The notes under the pieces: model-generated | Database searches by the model: none | Told to the model about the DNA's origin: nothing | Seen by the model: only the letters and a program-made list of their open reading frames with translations | NCBI GenBank assembly: GCA_029934175.1 | Contig: JAOZMT010000001.1 | Location: forward strand, 85,286-121,447 | Reading direction: 5' to 3' | DNA length: 36,162 bases | Source of the DNA: Victivallales bacterium | Lineage (GTDB): Bacteria > Verrucomicrobiota > Lentisphaeria > Victivallales > JAUVCU01 | Translations under genes and position numbers: made by a program | Shown here: positions 32,861 to 36,162 of the stretch, piece by piece | Numbering within the stretch: the first letter of the stretch is position 1 | Layout of the letters: each line of letters opens with the position of its first letter

Positions 32861-35242
32861 ATGATGTTTGAAAAATTTGTCCCTCATAAAATAGACAAAA
32901 TTTGTGAAAAGTGTCCTTTTCTAAAGAGTCCGTCTGTATTTCCTTCTGAAGATGAACTAAAAAAATTTAAAAAAAATCCACCAAAATTAATTATTATAGG
33001 TATTAATCCAGGTCAAAGTGAAATAGAGCAAGGAAAAGTTTTTGTTGGGAAATCAGGTGATTTTTTGTGGTCTGCTTTGTCATCTTATGGAATTACTAGG
33101 GAAAATTGTTTTGCTACTAATATGGTTCATTGTTTCGATAAAGAGATTAAAATTACTGTTCCAATAATAAAAAGATGTAAGTATTATCTTGATAAGGAAA
33201 TTGAAGGTATAAATTGTGATAGATTCCTTTTGTTAGGAAATGTACCAGTTCAAGGAATTCTAGGACTTACATTAACTGAAATTAAAGATAAAGTTGTATT
33301 AAAAGATAATAAATATTTTGCAATAATGGCACATCCAGCAGCTTATATGCGTAAGTATGGAAGTGATGCTAAATCAAGATTTATTTCTGATACTTTAAAG
33401 GTTTTAGATAGGTTATTTAATAATGATTTAAAAAAAGAAAAAATAAAATATAAGTTTTTTAAAGATGCTAATGAACTCATAAGAATATTGAAACAATTAG
33501 ATGAAGTTGCAATTGATTTGGAAACTTCATCAATTGAATGGCAATTCGGCGATATTAAATTATTAGGTGTTGGAAATGATAAGTTTGCGTTTGTAACTGA
33601 TAATGTAACTAAAGATTTAATTTTAGAATTATCTAAACATAAACTCATTGGTCATAATATTAAATTTGATTTAAAATGGATTTATGATAAATTTGGGATT
33701 TGGCTTCCTATACATGCAGATACACAATTGGCTGCTTATATAATAGATCAGAATAGAAAACATTATAGTTTGCAAAGTTTATGCTATGAATATGTTCCTG
33801 AATTAGTACATTATGGCGAAGATATAAAGGGAAGTAAAGATTGGAAGACCTATATAAATCCTGAATATAATGCAAGTGATGTTATAAAGACTGCTAGATT
33901 ATATAAAATTTTGAAAGATAAATTGAAAGATAAGGATTTTTTATGGAATTTTTTGATTAAAGCCGAACGAGCTTTGATGAAAATGGAGTATAAAGGTGTT
34001 TTGGTTGATACTAAATATTTGGATATACTTACAAAGAAATTTGAAAGAAAATTGCAAATATTAAAGAAAAAAATAGAAAGCATGACAGATGGTTTTTTGG
34101 ATAATGTTGATGTAAAGTTTTTGCCTCAGAATTTGTTACGTTTTTATAAGAAAAGATTAATTAATAAAACGCCTTTTAATCCAAGTTCCGATCATGATAT
34201 TAGATTATTGTTTTATGGAGTATATGGTTTATCTTATAAAGATTATAAATCATTTAAAAATGAAGTTTTATTAAAATTGGAAGATAAATATCCTATAGCT
34301 GGTTATATATCTAAATATAGAAAATTCGAAAAATTATTTTCCACATATGGAAAAGGTATTAAATCAAAATTAATAAATGGTGTAGCTTATACAAATTTTA
34401 ATTTAACTAGAACTATTACAGGAAGAACAAGTAGTGGCTCTGAACTAGGAAGGGAAGAACATAAATTCAACTTTCAAAATTTACCAAGAACAGGTGGCGT
34501 TAGGGAAATGATTGTTGCAAGGCCAAATAAATTATTTTTAGGTTCAGATTATTCTACAATTGAAGTATGTATTGCTGGTGCTTTATCCCGTGATGAAAAA
34601 TTAATTGAAATTTTGAAATCTGGAAAAGATGTACATACAATGATTGCTTCTACAATATTCAATATTCCTTATGAGAAAGTTCAAAAAGAACAGCGACAAT
34701 TTGCAAAATCTGTAACATTTGGTATATTATATGGTATGACATCTATTGGATTGGCTAAGAGATTGAATATTTCTGAAGCTGAAGCACAACAATTAATTGA
34801 TAGTTTTTTTGGACAATTTTCACAGATAAGAGAAACAATAGATAGATGTGTAAGTTTTGTAGAAAGAAATCATTATATTAATACACCTTTTGGAAGAATA
34901 AGAAAATTTGATAAATTTGATGAAGAAACAAAACGACAAGCTTTTAATACTGTAGTTCAATCTGTTGCGTCAGATATTATGTTGATTTCACTTGGTGATA
35001 TAAATGAAATTATCGAAGAATCTTTATTGGAAGAAAGAATTTACCCAGTCATAGAAGCACATGATGAAATTATTTTTGAAATAGATAATGATGAAAAATT
35101 TATAAGAGAAATGGAAGAATTTATAACTTATGAAATGACTAAGGGAATTAGAAAGAGACATGAACTTGTCGATAAGTTATTAGGGCCAATTGATTTAGCT
35201 GTGGAAACAAAACTTTCCAAAAGGTGGCAAAGCAAAGTTTAA
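32861..35242 (+). CDS. polA: family A DNA polymerase with 3'-5' exonuclease and an N-terminal family-4 UDG-like domain
   Basis: - UDG-like domain: CEKCPF, GINPGQSE...GKSGDFL and MAHPAAYM.
- Exonuclease domain: AIDLETSS, GHNIKFDL and YNASDV.
- Polymerase motifs: A is SDYSTIEV, B is RQFAKSVTFGILYG, C is EAHDEIIFE. Confidence 0.9.
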   Translation: MMFEKFVPHKIDKICEKCPFLKSPSVFPSEDELKKFKKNPPKLIIIGINPGQSEIEQGKVFVGKSGDFLWSALSSYGITRENCFATNMVHCFDKEIKITVPIIKRCKYYLDKEIEGINCDRFLLLGNVPVQGILGLTLTEIKDKVVLKDNKYFAIMAHPAAYMRKYGSDAKSRFISDTLKVLDRLFNNDLKKEKIKYKFFKDANELIRILKQLDEVAIDLETSSIEWQFGDIKLLGVGNDKFAFVTDNVTKDLILELSKHKLIGHNIKFDLKWIYDKFGIWLPIHADTQLAAYIIDQNRKHYSLQSLCYEYVPELVHYGEDIKGSKDWKTYINPEYNASDVIKTARLYKILKDKLKDKDFLWNFLIKAERALMKMEYKGVLVDTKYLDILTKKFERKLQILKKKIESMTDGFLDNVDVKFLPQNLLRFYKKRLINKTPFNPSSDHDIRLLFYGVYGLSYKDYKSFKNEVLLKLEDKYPIAGYISKYRKFEKLFSTYGKGIKSKLINGVAYTNFNLTRTITGRTSSGSELGREEHKFNFQNLPRTGGVREMIVARPNKLFLGSDYSTIEVCIAGALSRDEKLIEILKSGKDVHTMIASTIFNIPYEKVQKEQRQFAKSVTFGILYGMTSIGLAKRLNISEAEAQQLIDSFFGQFSQIRETIDRCVSFVERNHYINTPFGRIRKFDKFDEETKRQAFNTVVQSVASDIMLISLGDINEIIEESLLEERIYPVIEAHDEIIFEIDNDEKFIREMEEFITYEMTKGIRKRHELVDKLLGPIDLAVETKLSKRWQSKV

Positions 35243-35257
35243 AGGAGGTGGAAGTAA

Positions 35258-35599
35258 ATGCCTGTATATTCTTATAAGTGTCAAAAATGTGGTACAATAG
35301 TTGAAGAACAAAAACCTGTTGCAGAACATGATAAAGCGCCAGAAGTTTGTCCTGTTTGTGGTGCAAGAGATTCGATGAAACAGGTAATTACTAGCCCACC
35401 AGCAATAGATTTAACTAAAGCTGGACCTGGGACATATTTTAATGATTATAGAATGTGGGAGAAGGGTGCTGAACCATTCGATGAAAATATTCCTAAAAGA
35501 AGAAAAGATGAAATTTTTAGCAACAGAGCAGAAAAAGGTTGGAAATCTTTACCAAAATATAATAGGAAGAAATTATTGGAAAAGCATTTAATAAAATAA
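35258..35599 (+). CDS. FmdB-family (CxxC_CxxC_SSSS) zinc-ribbon protein
   Basis: The N-terminal MPVYSYKCQKCG...CPVCG is the characteristic FmdB-type zinc ribbon. An AGGAGGTG ribosome-binding site is present. Confidence 0.65.
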   Translation: MPVYSYKCQKCGTIVEEQKPVAEHDKAPEVCPVCGARDSMKQVITSPPAIDLTKAGPGTYFNDYRMWEKGAEPFDENIPKRRKDEIFSNRAEKGWKSLPKYNRKKLLEKHLIK

Positions 35600-35605
35600 A
35601 AAATC

Positions 35606-35634
35606 TTGACAAATTTGCTTTTTTGTGTTACCAT
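35606..35634 (+). promoter_or_regulatory. sigma70-like promoter (extended -10) for the structural module
   Basis: TTGACA (35606-35611), a 17-nt spacer, and TGtTACCAT with the -10 element at 35629-35634. Confidence 0.45.
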
Positions 35635-35656
35635 CAGTTTAATGGGGTGAATCTAT

Positions 35657-36162
35657 GTGAATTTTAATGTTTCAAGAAGACATCCTAATTATGAAAAGAA
35701 AAGAGAAGAATATGAATTTTTCTTAAGAGCTTATTTAGGCGGTAAAGATTTTATTGATAGTGAGCTTTTTAAACATTCCTTAGAAGATGACGATTCTTTT
35801 AAGAGACGTCAAGAACGTGCTTCCTATATGAATATTACTAAAAAAGTCATAAATGCCTTCACTAATTTCATTTTTGCCACACCAGTTAAACGTTCCAATG
35901 CTGCTATTCTAACTCCTTTTTTTGAAAATGCTGACAGGAAGGGTGATAATATCGATAAAGTTATGCGCAAGGCTTCTAATTTATCTACATTAATGGGTCA
36001 ATCTTATCTTTGGTTGAGATTCGATGTTCCACAGAATATACAAGGATCAATAAGTTTGAAGGAAGTTTTAGAAAGAAGAATTTTACCTTATGTTAATGTT
36101 TTATCATATTTAGATGTAGTTGATTGGTCTTTAGATTCTTTTGGAAATTATAATTGGGCATT
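35657..36162 (+). CDS. portal protein, 5' partial (runs off the window; absent from the ORF track)
   Basis: The frame is open from GTG 35657 to the window end (168 codons) and is preceded by GGGGTGA. In-frame TGA at 35648-35650 limits any upstream extension. The N-terminal pattern YEFFLRAYLGG...F..RQERASYMNITKKVINAFTNFIF..PVKR resembles the conserved N-terminus of podovirus-type portal proteins. Confidence 0.5.
   Translation, partial: MNFNVSRRHPNYEKKREEYEFFLRAYLGGKDFIDSELFKHSLEDDDSFKRRQERASYMNITKKVINAFTNFIFATPVKRSNAAILTPFFENADRKGDNIDKVMRKASNLSTLMGQSYLWLRFDVPQNIQGSISLKEVLERRILPYVNVLSYLDVVDWSLDSFGNYNWA

Noticed and set aside
254-35634. About 21 short ORFs in the track lie inside longer, motif-supported genes. 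Most are antisense and a few are same-strand out-of-frame. They are: 254-499, 9784-10008, 13251-13502, 13332-13538, 15494-15709, 17252-17569, 17503-17751, 17600-17884, 20986-21186, 21941-22129, 23019-23210, 25247-25438, 27509-27691, 27731-28096, 28081-28308, 29178-29438, 29518-29757, 33343-33648, 33850-34083, 35148-35366 and 35446-35634.
   Set aside because: Each lies wholly or mostly within a longer ORF that has clear family motifs. Their translations are low-complexity and rich in Phe, Leu, Ile and Lys, as expected from reading AT-rich DNA out of frame. None has a convincing ribosome-binding site.
1-36162. Alternative genetic code (TGA or TAG reassignment), as seen in some large gut phages and small-genome bacteria.
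   Set aside because: ORFs with full-length family matches terminate at ordinary stops, including TGA (for example at 21687-21689 and 26534-26536). Gene density is already near-complete under the standard code.

Overview
The window reads as a low-GC, gene-dense double-stranded DNA phage or prophage-like genome segment from a bacterial host. Evidence for a bacterial host: many intergenic TTGACA-N16/17-TAnnnT promoters, strong AGGAGG ribosome-binding sites, and TGA used as a stop codon.

The genes form two divergent arms.

Left arm (19-18516, all minus strand):
- Anaerobic dNTP supply: ferredoxin, NrdD and NrdG.
- Packaging: a candidate small terminase and the large terminase.
- A long block of auxiliary metabolic genes: 3-hexulose-6-phosphate synthase, a six-gene sugar cassette headed by a full-length UDP-sulfoquinovose synthase, a dUTPase with a zinc ribbon, an amidinotransferase-fold protein, phosphatidylserine decarboxylase, a permuted-papain peptidase, a stand-alone GMP-synthase C-terminal domain, and GAPDH.

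Right arm (19575 to the end, all plus strand):
- A replication and recombination module: metallophosphoesterase, RecA-like protein, SbcD, a resolvase-like protein, SbcC, HU, a T7 gp4-like primase-helicase, a gp32-like SSB, a tRNA-Gly with the unusual anticodon ACC, a clamp loader, a possible clamp, and a UDG-like/PolA fusion.
- After these come an FmdB-type zinc ribbon and the 5' part of a portal gene. The portal gene has a GTG start and is absent from the ORF track.

Between the arms lies a 1,058-nt gap (18517-19574) with no ORF in the track. This is the most interesting feature.
- Its left ~550 nt is richer in G+C, is G+U-rich on the plus strand, contains hairpins and ends in a stem plus a T9 run. 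I propose it is a large structured non-coding RNA.
- Its right ~460 nt is extremely AT-rich, with a 23-nt direct repeat, an AT palindrome and tandem promoters. This looks like an origin or regulatory hub.

All functional calls come from motif recognition by eye. No database search was possible.
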